From assembly GCA_035656115.1 (NCBI GenBank), contig DASRTD010000076.1:18481-82480 (forward strand): a stretch of DNA of 64,000 bases, written 5' to 3'. The DNA comes from Mucilaginibacter sp. Lineage in GTDB: Bacteria; Bacteroidota; Bacteroidia; Sphingobacteriales; Sphingobacteriaceae. Below are positions 50,402-60,183 of the stretch, one piece after another (positions within the stretch are counted from its first letter, which is position 1; every line of letters starts with the position of its first letter). The position numbers and the translations under genes were made by a program. The notes under the pieces were generated by a model. It had not been told where the DNA came from. It ran no database searches and saw nothing but the letters and a program-made list of their open reading frames with translations.

Positions 50402-50899
50402 TTAAGCGGGTTGGTTTACCAATTTTTCCAGCAGCTCATCCAGTTTTTTGTGCGAATCGTTCACACCGTATTCCATTCCCGATGCGATAATACCATCGCG
50501 ATCTTCAACGCAGCGGAACACCGATTGTATGGTTAATTTTGTGCGGTTACCGGGCAGTTCATCGAAGGTGGCGGTTTCCAGCGCTACGTGGCCGCGCTCG
50601 GGCAGTCCTTCAAATTCAAAGGTGCGGATCAGTCTTTCGGGTTCCAAAACCTCGTGTATCGTGCCATTGAAGGCAAACTCCTGCCCCTGCGCGCTTGCAT
50701 GGATGAAGCGGTATGATCCGCCCGAACGGCTGTCAAAGTAGTCTATCCGCATCGTCATATCACAAGGACCCAGCCATTGGGTGATCAGTTCAGGGTCCGA
50801 AAAGGCTCTGAATACGAGTTCCCTCGGCGCCTCAAATTCGCGGTGGATAAACAGTTCCTGTACACCCTTTTCCGCTGTAATTTTTGATTGATTTTTCAT
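50402..50899 (-). CDS. SRPBCC / AHSA1-like domain protein
   Basis: IHREFEAPRELVFRAF, QWLGP and RTFEFEG motifs. Confidence 0.9.
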   Translation of the reverse strand: MKNQSKITAEKGVQELFIHREFEAPRELVFRAFSDPELITQWLGPCDMTMRIDYFDSRSGGSYRFIHASAQGQEFAFNGTIHEVLEPERLIRTFEFEGLPERGHVALETATFDELPGNRTKLTIQSVFRCVEDRDGIIASGMEYGVNDSHKKLDELLEKLVNQPA

Positions 50900-50901
50900 A
50901 A

Positions 50902-51240
50902 TTATTGAGATATATTATTGTCGTTGGTTTTGTTTTGCATTTTGACGAGCAGGTCATCCAGTTTATCAAACCTGCTTTCCCATGATTTGCGGAAGTCAGC
51001 CAGCCAGTCGGTTACTTCATCCAGCTTTTTGGGTTGCACATAGCAATAGCGCTCGCGGCCCTGTTGTTTAATGCAGATGATGCCGCACTCCGCTAATATT
51101 TGTATATGTTTTGAAATGGCCTGCCGGCTTACATCAAAACTATCCGCAACCCCGTTTGGTGTTAAAGTTTGATGGGCGATCAGGTTAATGATCTGCCGGC
51201 GGGTAGGGTCGGCAATGGCCTGGAAAACGTCTCTTCTCAT
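50902..51240 (-). CDS. ArsR/SmtB family transcriptional regulator
   Basis: MRRDVFQAIADPTRR, VSRQAISKHI and QQGRERYC motifs. Confidence 0.92.
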   Translation of the reverse strand: MRRDVFQAIADPTRRQIINLIAHQTLTPNGVADSFDVSRQAISKHIQILAECGIICIKQQGRERYCYVQPKKLDEVTDWLADFRKSWESRFDKLDDLLVKMQNKTNDNNISQ

Positions 51241-51255
51241 AATTTTATTTATATG

Positions 51256-51298
51256 CGCAACCGATCAATTGCAAATATAAACGCAACCGATCAATTGC
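51256..51298 (-). promoter_or_regulatory. Double ArsR operator flanking the -7 promoter box
   Basis: Exact 17-bp direct repeat CGCAACCGATCAATTGC at 51256..51272 and 51282..51298, with TATATTTG (minus strand) between. Confidence 0.75.
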
Positions 51299-51360
51299 GC
51301 AAATTTATTTTCAAATTTTTTTAGACAGACCTAGGACTTAGCGGATGTTTTGAATGAGTA

Positions 51361-52743
51361 TCAATTCAACTTTAACGTTTCCAAGTGTGAGGCTATCGGC
51401 TGCCTCACGGCGTTGATGATGATCAGGTAAGTTTTGTCTTCAGCTATCCAAACGCAATAATTAAAATCGCTTTCGCTGTCGGGGTTCCAACCGGCTAATT
51501 CCTTAAAACTATGTTTGACGAGTTGTAAGCTGGCCCCATTATTTTTTGATACGACAACAACTTTGGTTATCGGCGCCTGCTTCATTTTTTCCATGGTGAC
51601 TACGGAAATATTATCGTCAGACTGAGACATGGAACGGTATGGGAATTTTTGGTCGATGGCGTTGAACGCATCCGAAGTGTCAGCAACCACGTAACGGTCT
51701 GTCATAATATTATCCGTCTCCGTCACCCAGCTCGAAAAATTATCGTCGTAAATTTTGATGTAGTTGTCTACGAATGATTTGTCGATAGCCTTTTGTTGTT
51801 CGGCATAATCTTTCACCATCGGGTATATTTTTTTAGCCATCAGGTTGGTGTATTTCCGGTTATACCAGGTGGCCGTGTCTTCCGCCCCGTTTAATTTGCC
51901 ATATACGTAACCATTTCCAAGCGAAGTGGCCAACGCTTCATTCATCAGCAAAAATGCATAACGGCTATTTTTAGAAGGGTTCGAGGTAAACCATTTTTCG
52001 ATATCATGTTTAAGCACAAGCGATTGTTCATCATATAACAGGTGAAAAGTTTCGTGAAGCATAACGCTCAGCAGCTTATTATAATTGGTAAAACCCACCG
52101 GCAACGCACTTACCGCGTTATCGTAAAAAGCAGTTGCGGTAAAGTGTTTTGTGCCGGGAAGCGGGTAAAAAACCAATTGGAAAGGTATCGTATTATCCCA
52201 CGCCGAATGATAAAACTTTTCGCCGGTCATAAAATAGGATTGAATGTTTTTGGCGGCGACCAGGTTTTTAAGTACCTGCAACTGATGTTCAAACACATCT
52301 TTATTGGGCACGTACATCAATTGCTGGTAAACCGGTTCAAATTCATTTAAAATATTGACCAATGAAAATAAGTCGGCGTTCGGTATTATTCCCAATGCGT
52401 TAAACTTAAAATCTTGGATTGAAGCACTTTTGATAAGCCATTTTTTTAATAGGGAATGTGTAGAACCACCAATTTTTTGCCCGTAGGGATAAGCGGTGTA
52501 TTCATAGTCATAGTCGATATTTAGCTTATCATATGCTGCGACCAGGTCCTTATATTTCTGTTGGTTGAACTTTGAATTAGTAAACAAAGTTTTATAGGGA
52601 TTGTCGGGCGCGTTGGCTGAAAGGTAGTCCACGAACTCGAAAACGCCAAGCGGCTCAGAAAATTTTATTTGGAAATCGGGCGCCTGCGCACCGGCTTTGA
52701 TAAGGGTAAAAAATAATAACAGTAAAGTGCCCGCTTTTTTCAT
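51361..52743 (-). CDS. Exported hypothetical protein with a gluzincin-like HExxH motif
   Basis: Signal peptide ending AQ; MLHETFH followed by MNEALAT. Confidence 0.65.
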   Translation of the reverse strand: MKKAGTLLLLFFTLIKAGAQAPDFQIKFSEPLGVFEFVDYLSANAPDNPYKTLFTNSKFNQQKYKDLVAAYDKLNIDYDYEYTAYPYGQKIGGSTHSLLKKWLIKSASIQDFKFNALGIIPNADLFSLVNILNEFEPVYQQLMYVPNKDVFEHQLQVLKNLVAAKNIQSYFMTGEKFYHSAWDNTIPFQLVFYPLPGTKHFTATAFYDNAVSALPVGFTNYNKLLSVMLHETFHLLYDEQSLVLKHDIEKWFTSNPSKNSRYAFLLMNEALATSLGNGYVYGKLNGAEDTATWYNRKYTNLMAKKIYPMVKDYAEQQKAIDKSFVDNYIKIYDDNFSSWVTETDNIMTDRYVVADTSDAFNAIDQKFPYRSMSQSDDNISVVTMEKMKQAPITKVVVVSKNNGASLQLVKHSFKELAGWNPDSESDFNYCVWIAEDKTYLIIINAVRQPIASHLETLKLN

Positions 52744-52888
52744 CTGATAAGTATTTGAAAGTGTGGGGCCAGGCGAGGTTTTACGGGCCTGACCGTTGAT
52801 TAACCTGAACGCGGGGCACTGCTTTTAGATCGGAAATTTCAGACTTACGAAGTCTTCAAGACTTCGTAAGCCTTGGGTTAAGGAAAAA

Positions 52889-53698
52889 TTATTTTATCCC
52901 GTAATGATCATTCATCAGCTTTTCAAACAAGCCGCCGGGCAATATCCTTTTCAGCGGAACTGCAATTGTTTGTCCTAGTGCGCCGATGAGATAACGGTGT
53001 GACGGGCTTGACGAAGCCACGATCTGGCATATTTTTTTACCGATCACGTCCGGGTTTGCGCCAACGCTTTCATCTTTTTCCATGCTGGCAACAGCAGTGG
53101 TAAATTCCTTTTCCAATTGTTCGTTTTTAAGTGGGAAAGGCACTTTTTCGCGGCTTTGGGTAAAGTCGGTTTTGAAGTCGCCCGGGTTAATGATGACTAC
53201 TTTAACGCCGGTGCTTTTCAATTCCATCCGCAGACTTTGCGAATAGCCTTCGATAGCATATTTCGAAGCGCTGTACAAGCCCTGGTAAGGCAAGCCGAAC
53301 AAGCCGGCCAGCGAACTTACGTTGATCACCAGGCCCTGTTTGGCTTCGATCATTTTCGGGATCACGGCACTGCTCACACGGATCACCCCAAAAAAGTTCA
53401 CTTCAAATTGTTTTTTCGCGTACTCGACAGGCATCGCGTAGGCCGGCCCAGTTACGCCGTTGCCGGCATTGTTTACCAATACGTCTATTTTTCCTTCGGC
53501 TTTGATGATTTGGTCAACGGCTGCTTTTACGGAAGCATCATCGGTAACGTCTAACTGAATCGGTTTAAATGATACCGATTTTATGCGGCTGAGATCGCGT
53601 GATGAACCATAAACCGTATGGCCCTGCGCCTGCAATGCGTTGGCCACTGATAAACCTATGCCCGACGAAGCGCCGGTAACTAATATTACTTTTCCCAT
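52889..53698 (-). CDS. SDR family oxidoreductase
   Basis: TGASSGIG, VLVNNAG and YSASKYA motifs. Confidence 0.93.
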   Translation of the reverse strand: MGKVILVTGASSGIGLSVANALQAQGHTVYGSSRDLSRIKSVSFKPIQLDVTDDASVKAAVDQIIKAEGKIDVLVNNAGNGVTGPAYAMPVEYAKKQFEVNFFGVIRVSSAVIPKMIEAKQGLVINVSSLAGLFGLPYQGLYSASKYAIEGYSQSLRMELKSTGVKVVIINPGDFKTDFTQSREKVPFPLKNEQLEKEFTTAVASMEKDESVGANPDVIGKKICQIVASSSPSHRYLIGALGQTIAVPLKRILPGGLFEKLMNDHYGIK

Positions 53699-53809
53699 TG
53701 TGTGGTTTTTGAGGATTCTTTAATGTGTTGAAATTATAGTTCAGCGTATAAAAATGCAAATTAATATGGACGCGGGAAACTGTTTTTTTAAAATTGTCGT
53801 GCCTGCCTG

Positions 53810-54940
53810 TTAATAATATCGCCCGATAGTCGGATCATCCACGATTGCTTTTTTTACTTCCGCAGGGTTGATAGCACCCTGTTTGGCGTAAACTATTTTT
53901 CCGGCGGGTTCGACAATAAGCGTATAGGGCAACGCCCCCGACCATTTTGGATCGACTGACGCGATCGCCTGGTCTTTACTGCCGTCAATAATATAATTAG
54001 CAAATGATGCTTCAGCCTGTTTTAAAATTCGAAGCGCATCACTGGTTTTCGCCGCGCCGTCTACATTGATGGATATCATTTCAAAATCGCGGCGCCGGTA
54101 CATCCGGTTCATTTCAACAAATGCAGGTAAGCCCGCGTGGCCTGCTTCGTTGGCCGTTGTCCATATCGTAATCACCTTCAGATTATCGGTTTTATTTTCA
54201 AACAGGGCCTTAATATCTACACCATCCAGGCCGGTGAGGGTTACAGGCTCTTTGGCCCACTCATCCTGTGCTTTTTGCAGCCAGCTTGCCTTTTCGGCCC
54301 ATTTTATGGAACAGCCAAAAACTTTGGTAGTGGTTTCATCAGGCGTTTTACCCGCCAGCAAAGCGTTCAGGGCATCACGGGTATCCTGTACATGCGGCGT
54401 TTTCGTCGGTTTCTCCACATCGTCAATTCTGCCTGAATAACAGAGTTTCCTCTCTTTATTAAAAATAAAAACATGCGGTGTGGCAATTGGCCCATATGCA
54501 TGGGCGACACTTTGCGTGGCGCCGTCATACAAGTACGGAAAGTTAAAATGTTTATTTGCCGCGCGAAGTTTCATTTCATCAAACGTGTCGCTCATATCGG
54601 TATAGCCCAATTCGTCCAGGCGGATAGCTTTAGGATCGTTGGGCATAATTGCCACTATGGCCACACCTTTGTCTTTATAATCTTTGGTGATCTTTATGAT
54701 CCTATCCTCATAGGCTTGCGCCGTAGGGCAATGGTTACAGGTAAAAACTACCATCAAAATCGGCGAGTTTTTAAATGAATTGAGTGTATAGGTTTTACCA
54801 TCCACCCCCTGCAGGCTAAAATCAGGCGCTTTTGCGCCGATGGCCAGCGTGGGGTGTTCATCGGCAGGAAGTTTAAAGGATAAAATGAGGCCGCTTAATA
54901 ATAAAAGCAAGGCGGCAAGCAAGCCGGCGGATTTTCTCAT
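53810..54940 (-). CDS. Exported two-domain redoxin (AhpC/TSA-like) protein
   Basis: Signal peptide; first domain FTCNHCPTA; second thioredoxin-like domain lacks CxxC. Confidence 0.82.
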   Translation of the reverse strand: MRKSAGLLAALLLLLSGLILSFKLPADEHPTLAIGAKAPDFSLQGVDGKTYTLNSFKNSPILMVVFTCNHCPTAQAYEDRIIKITKDYKDKGVAIVAIMPNDPKAIRLDELGYTDMSDTFDEMKLRAANKHFNFPYLYDGATQSVAHAYGPIATPHVFIFNKERKLCYSGRIDDVEKPTKTPHVQDTRDALNALLAGKTPDETTTKVFGCSIKWAEKASWLQKAQDEWAKEPVTLTGLDGVDIKALFENKTDNLKVITIWTTANEAGHAGLPAFVEMNRMYRRRDFEMISINVDGAAKTSDALRILKQAEASFANYIIDGSKDQAIASVDPKWSGALPYTLIVEPAGKIVYAKQGAINPAEVKKAIVDDPTIGRYY

Positions 54941-55115
54941 AACAGTTTGAATTGGTTGACAGACAAAGGCTAATGTAAGGCAAACTGTCGTACTTTAAAA
55001 ATAAATCGCCAGGCAGTTATAAATATAAACAAGCGATAAGAACACTCGGCGCTCCGCTGCTCATTTTTTGCGGCCTCTGCGGTAAAAAAACCGATTACTG
55101 AGGACGCCGGGGACG

Positions 55116-56318
55116 CTAAAGAAAATTTCTTACCCCCGGAATTTTTCGCAAAAGCCCGGCAAATACAAAGCTCGACGCGACAGCCAAAGGTGCCGCCACC
55201 AGCAACTTAAGCGCCGGTTCAATAGCCCAATCTTTTAACAGCAGCGCCACGGAAATGACCAGCAGGGGATGGAATACATATACGCCGAACGCGTTCGCCG
55301 ACAAGGATTTCAACAACGGCGTATCATTATTCCACTTAAATTTTGCGATACAGAGTAATGCAACCATAATCATCACGCCCGTAATTTGCTCCCATAATGA
55401 ATAAGTAAACGCGACAGGGTTCCAGCCCCCGTTAAAATAGCTGCCGGGAAATTTAGCTTTCAGATACCATACAAATATTGCCGGCAAAATTAGCAGTACC
55501 ATTACACGAGCCATCCAGGCCATGCTCTTTCCTTGTTTCAAATTCAGTTGATCCAGCCATTTATTGTTGGACGCAATTAACCCGGCGATAAAACAAATGA
55601 TATACTGGGGGAAGTACCCAAGTTGAAAACCGACAGGCGATAATACCCAGCCCGTGGGAAAAATCAGCCTCACCAAAAAACTGATCAACCCCATCAAAAC
55701 TCCCGCAATAAGCAATTGAGTATTTGACGGCCAGGTGATTTTGAGGTTCAGATTAATTGAAAATTGCTTCCAAAGCAGGTAAACCAAATTAAAAACAATT
55801 AAAGCGGCGACAAACCACATCACGCCAAAATCTATCCAGTGATGGTAGCCGGACATGTATTCGATAAACGAGTGGTGCTGCCCGTAGCCATAATGTTCGA
55901 CGGTATAATTTAATATGGGCGATAGCACCAGCGAATAAAAAACCAACGGCACGCCTAATCGCTTTAGTCGGTCGGCCAGGAATTTGCCCGCGCCTTTCTT
56001 TTGGTACGATGGGTCCACAAACAACGCTGAAAGGAAAAAGAAGAACCCCATAAAAAACGACTGGTTAGTGGCTACAAAAACCGTCATCGGGAACTTGGCT
56101 GCTAATAAATTACTCGGTTGCTTAAAGTACCAGCTGCCTGGCGCGCCGTAAGTAATAAAGGTATGGTGCAGTACTACCAGCACAATGGCCAGCACTTTAA
56201 GGTGGTCGATATAAGCAATTTTAGCAGATGCCGGCTTTTCGATAATGACGGGCGCTATAGTTTCAGTATTTACGGTTTTCATAGTAAGGGTTTTGCTCTT
56301 TTTGAAATCAACTGACAA
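55116..56318 (-). CDS. Acyltransferase family 3 (OpgC/MdoC-like) membrane protein
   Basis: YIDHLK..LVVLHH, FFMGFFFFLSA and GVMWFV motifs; many TM helices; start may be MKTV at 56282. Confidence 0.85.
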   Translation of the reverse strand: MSVDFKKSKTLTMKTVNTETIAPVIIEKPASAKIAYIDHLKVLAIVLVVLHHTFITYGAPGSWYFKQPSNLLAAKFPMTVFVATNQSFFMGFFFFLSALFVDPSYQKKGAGKFLADRLKRLGVPLVFYSLVLSPILNYTVEHYGYGQHHSFIEYMSGYHHWIDFGVMWFVAALIVFNLVYLLWKQFSINLNLKITWPSNTQLLIAGVLMGLISFLVRLIFPTGWVLSPVGFQLGYFPQYIICFIAGLIASNNKWLDQLNLKQGKSMAWMARVMVLLILPAIFVWYLKAKFPGSYFNGGWNPVAFTYSLWEQITGVMIMVALLCIAKFKWNNDTPLLKSLSANAFGVYVFHPLLVISVALLLKDWAIEPALKLLVAAPLAVASSFVFAGLLRKIPGVRNFL

Positions 56319-56680
56319 ACAAATGGTTATGACGTTACAATATTAGGCTGAAAAAAGCAAATCTTATTCCCCGCTGGTCAACGGATTTTGGCTGTTGGTC
56401 AAAAATTCCTTGCAAATTCGCCGGTTATCATCTGTTTACTTATCCTGACGGGAATATCCGCCTAAATAATATGCCTGGCGGGCGGCCCCGCTACGACGAG
56501 AATAACAGATATTGAAAGGATGATCCGTCGATATAACATTTGCCTGTTTTTATTATTGGCAGACTACTATTGATACTTGTATTATCCGATCCGAAGCGAG
56601 CCATTACAAATTGCAGCTTTATTAATTATTTTCTTAATTTTAAATATTTTTCTGCCTGAGAAACAATAACCGCTGCAAAC

Positions 56681-59578
56681 GTGACAATAAATAAACCTAA
56701 CTCAAAAATAAAGCGATCGGATACGAAGGGAAAGCCAGTTGGCTGGCTGGAAAAGGCTTATGGCGGCAGCCCGGTCGCGGTTATGGTTATCGATGCCGGA
56801 CACCGGGTCTATTATGCTAATCCTGTTGCGCTTTCCACTTTTGCCGAACATGAAATTATAGGCTGGCCGGTGTTCGATCTATATGAAGATACTTCGCCCG
56901 GAAAAATAAATGAAGGCAAGCTCGCCCGGTTTGAAGAAATCGCAGACGGAGAATTTAAAGCGAAAACCGGGAGCGGGGAACGATGGTTCTCGATCAGTGC
57001 GGTCGCAGATCATGAATCAGGCGGACTGCCTCAAATAACCCTTTTCATCAGAGACATAACCGCCTTCAAAAAAAAAGAAAATTTATTTTCTTACCTGAAC
57101 GAGGCGGCGGCATCACTGGCAAAAACCCGCGACACCCCCGGCGCACTGGAACTGGTGGCCAGATTGGTGGTTCCCCGCTTTGCAACCTGGTTTACGATTG
57201 ACCGCTTAACCGAAAGCGGGCTGGAATTGCTGATGTTAAAGCATGAAGACCCCGCCAGGATCGCATGGGCATATCAATACCGGAAAAAATATCCACCCGA
57301 CCTGAACGGCAACAGCGGCCCGGCTGTAGTTTTGAAAACAGGGAAACCCGGTTTTGTCTCTGTCGTCACAGAAGAAATGATAAATGCGGTGGTGACCGAT
57401 CCGGCGCAGCGAAGAGACGTCTTAAAAATCGGGTTGCACTCAGTGATCATCACGCCGATGTGGGCAGACGAAAAGATCATCGGCCTGGTGAACTTTATAT
57501 CATCGGTTCCTGGCCGTCATTTTGACGCGGAAGATGTGGCTTTTGCCCAAAACTTTGCTAACCTTATTGGCCTGGCGCTTGAAAATGCCCGGTTGAATGA
57601 AGAATCTGCGAACGAAATAGCCCTGCGGAAAAACAGTGAAGAAAAGTTGCAGTTTTTGACGGACGCTATTCCGCATAAATTGTGGACTTCCGGGCCAGAT
57701 GGCCGGGCCACCTATTATAACCAGCGCTGGTACGAATATACCGGCGTATATGGTTTTGAAACATTACGGGATAAAATTTGGGACAGTCTCCATCCTGATG
57801 ACCGTTCACTCGCAGCCGTGGAATGGCCGGAGGTGATTAAGCTTGGTAACCCTGCCGAAATAGAGCAGCGGTTGATGCGTCACGATGGCGTTTACCGCTG
57901 GCACCTTAGCCGCATAATGCCGCATAAAAATAATGATGGTGATGTAACCCTATGGATAGGCACCAGCACAGACATCCACGAACAGAAAGTTTTTGGCATG
58001 GAGTTGGCTGCTGTAAATGAAGAGCTGACAGCGGCTAACGAAGAGTTCGTCGCGATGAATGAAGAGCTCGTCGCGATGAATGAAGAGGTGGCGGCGACCA
58101 ACGAGGAATTGGCTTCCGCAAACCAAGAGCAAGCGATAACGAACGCAGAGCTGATGGAAACCCGGGACCGTCTTCGCAAAAGTGAAAAGCTTTTCAGGTC
58201 CATTGCCCTGAGCATCCCTAAGTCGCTGGTCACAGTGATTGACAAAGATCACCGCTATGTGATGATTGAGGGGGACATTATGGAAAAGATGGGTTATGAC
58301 CGGCGGGACTACGAGGGAAAACACCCGGCAGATATATCCCCCGAACAGTACCAAACGGACAGAGGATTATATGAACGGGTGTTGAAGGGCGAAGCGTTCT
58401 CCGTTGAGCGAAGGGCGCCGGCCGGCGAATATTATTTGGTTCATTTCGTGCCATTGCCCGGTGATCGAAGTGAAGTGGATTCGGCGCTCATCATTGCATT
58501 TGATGTTTCCGATATTAAACAGTCCGAAGAAAAAATCGCAAAGCTTGCGGCGATAGTAGAGTCATCCGAGGATGCGATCGTGAGCAAGACGCCGGAGGGT
58601 GTTGTGACCAGTTGGAACGCGGCCGCCGAACGGATGTTTGGGTTTACGGAGTCCGAAATGATTGGCCAAACAATTTATGCGATCATACCGCCCGATCGTC
58701 ATGACGAAGAGCCTCGCATACTGGCCAGGTTAAGGCGGGGTGAGCATGTGGAGCATTTTGAAACCAAACGCATGACAAAAAGCGGGCAGTTGATTGATGT
58801 TTCGCTGACTATCTCACCAATAATGGATAAACAGGGGAATATCATCGGCTTGTCCAAAATAGCCCGCGATATCAGCGCAAAAAAGCAAGAAGAACAACGA
58901 AAAAACGACTTTATCGGCATGGTCAGCCACGAACTGAAGACACCGCTAACTTCCCTTAACGGCATCATCCAGATAGCCGCCGCGAAGCTGAATAAAAATG
59001 AAGATGCATTTTTGGCCGAAGCGATGGATAGGGCAAAGCGCCAGCTTAAGCGGATGACTGCAATGGTTAATGGTTTTCTCGACGTTTCCCGGTTTGAGGC
59101 CGGAACGATGTCAATAACCTACCAGGAATTCGATCTTGCAGAATTGCTGAATGAAATTGTGGGCGAGACGAAAATGGTTACCAGCACCCATCCAGTCAAC
59201 TTTTTGGGCTCAGGCCGGGTACACATATACGCCGATCTTGATAAAATCAGCTCCGTAGTTTTCAATCTCCTGAATAACGCGGTTAAATACTCGACAAAGG
59301 GAAAAAATATCGATGTGGCTTACCAGGTCACTAAAAAGGAAGTGTTGGTAAGTGTGAAGGATGAGGGGATAGGCATTGAAGCCCGGGATATAGAGAAAAT
59401 ATTTGAACGCTATTACAGGGTCGACGATCCGTATTCGCGGCGCGTTTCGGGGTTCGGCATTGGCTTATACCTCAGTGCTGAAATTATCAGGCGGCACAAC
59501 GGAAAAATATGGGCCGAAAGCGAGCCGGGGAAAGGCTCGACATTCTATTTTACGCTCCCGCTGATAAAAGGTATTTAA
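56681..59578 (+). CDS. Cytoplasmic PAS/GAF multi-sensor histidine kinase
   Basis: Several PAS/PAC repeats, a GAF domain, a heptad coiled coil, VSHELKTPL, NLLNNAVKY and GFGIGLYL; GTG start. Confidence 0.92.
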   Translation: MTINKPNSKIKRSDTKGKPVGWLEKAYGGSPVAVMVIDAGHRVYYANPVALSTFAEHEIIGWPVFDLYEDTSPGKINEGKLARFEEIADGEFKAKTGSGERWFSISAVADHESGGLPQITLFIRDITAFKKKENLFSYLNEAAASLAKTRDTPGALELVARLVVPRFATWFTIDRLTESGLELLMLKHEDPARIAWAYQYRKKYPPDLNGNSGPAVVLKTGKPGFVSVVTEEMINAVVTDPAQRRDVLKIGLHSVIITPMWADEKIIGLVNFISSVPGRHFDAEDVAFAQNFANLIGLALENARLNEESANEIALRKNSEEKLQFLTDAIPHKLWTSGPDGRATYYNQRWYEYTGVYGFETLRDKIWDSLHPDDRSLAAVEWPEVIKLGNPAEIEQRLMRHDGVYRWHLSRIMPHKNNDGDVTLWIGTSTDIHEQKVFGMELAAVNEELTAANEEFVAMNEELVAMNEEVAATNEELASANQEQAITNAELMETRDRLRKSEKLFRSIALSIPKSLVTVIDKDHRYVMIEGDIMEKMGYDRRDYEGKHPADISPEQYQTDRGLYERVLKGEAFSVERRAPAGEYYLVHFVPLPGDRSEVDSALIIAFDVSDIKQSEEKIAKLAAIVESSEDAIVSKTPEGVVTSWNAAAERMFGFTESEMIGQTIYAIIPPDRHDEEPRILARLRRGEHVEHFETKRMTKSGQLIDVSLTISPIMDKQGNIIGLSKIARDISAKKQEEQRKNDFIGMVSHELKTPLTSLNGIIQIAAAKLNKNEDAFLAEAMDRAKRQLKRMTAMVNGFLDVSRFEAGTMSITYQEFDLAELLNEIVGETKMVTSTHPVNFLGSGRVHIYADLDKISSVVFNLLNNAVKYSTKGKNIDVAYQVTKKEVLVSVKDEGIGIEARDIEKIFERYYRVDDPYSRRVSGFGIGLYLSAEIIRRHNGKIWAESEPGKGSTFYFTLPLIKGI

Positions 59579-59584
59579 AAAAAA

Positions 59585-59610
59585 TGCAAGCCGAAAATTC
59601 TTCGCTTGCA
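59585..59610 (-). terminator. Terminator downstream of tRNA-Gln, between convergent transcripts
   Basis: TGCAAGC..GCTTGCA stem with a T-run on the minus strand. Confidence 0.65.
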
Positions 59611-59618
59611 CTTTGAGG

Positions 59619-59689
59619 TTTTCCTGCATGGGCTCGAACCACGATCCTCAGAGCCAGAATCTGATGTGTTACCATTACACCACAGGAAA
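59619..59689 (-). tRNA. tRNA-Gln (anticodon CUG)
   Basis: TTTCCTG/CAGGAAA acceptor stem, TCAGA-TTCTGGC-TCTGA anticodon arm, TTCGAGC T-loop; CCA not encoded; TATATTTG box about 50 bp upstream. Confidence 0.93.
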
Positions 59690-59757
59690 GCTTTGTTGAC
59701 CGGTATGAGTTTGATCTTATCACAACCATACCGGGCTGCAAATATATAAAATGCTGT

Positions 59758-60180
59758 TTAATTGCTAAAACAGATTTTTGAATAGGAGAGGTGTAATAAA
59801 TCCAATGCCGAAGCTTTATCTCTTTCGGTACATATGTAAAAGCTTATCCAGCCAGATTTTGCAAAAACATGGTGAGGATTTGCCAACCCTTCCGCAATCA
59901 GCTGTGCTTTTAAACTCCGGCTTAACAATATGTCCAAAACACCGTTGCCATGAATGTGGCCGATCTCTTTACCGCCGTGATTAAACTGTACGCCGCCATA
60001 TTTGTGCATGCTGACAGATGTGCCCGGCCACTTTAATACTTCCTTTCGGATGTCATCTATAAAGTCCAGCAGCATCGGGCGGGTGACGAAGGTCCACAGC
60101 ATAAGAAAGCTCTCAAAAAGCAGCGGAAATGCTGGAACGGATTTGAGAAAGCCGAGGTATTTTACAACAAAGCGGAACAT
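59758..60180 (-). CDS. Luciferase-like DUF5519-type protein
   Basis: HKYGGVQF..GGKEIGHIHGNG.LDI and HHVF..SGWISF. Confidence 0.7.
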   Translation of the reverse strand: MFRFVVKYLGFLKSVPAFPLLFESFLMLWTFVTRPMLLDFIDDIRKEVLKWPGTSVSMHKYGGVQFNHGGKEIGHIHGNGVLDILLSRSLKAQLIAEGLANPHHVFAKSGWISFYICTERDKASALDLLHLSYSKICFSN

Positions 60181-60183
60181 AGA

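Noticed and set aside
56681-59689. Genomic island integrated at the tRNA-Gln 3' end
   Set aside because: No integrase was seen, and I found no second copy of the tRNA 3' end in the window.
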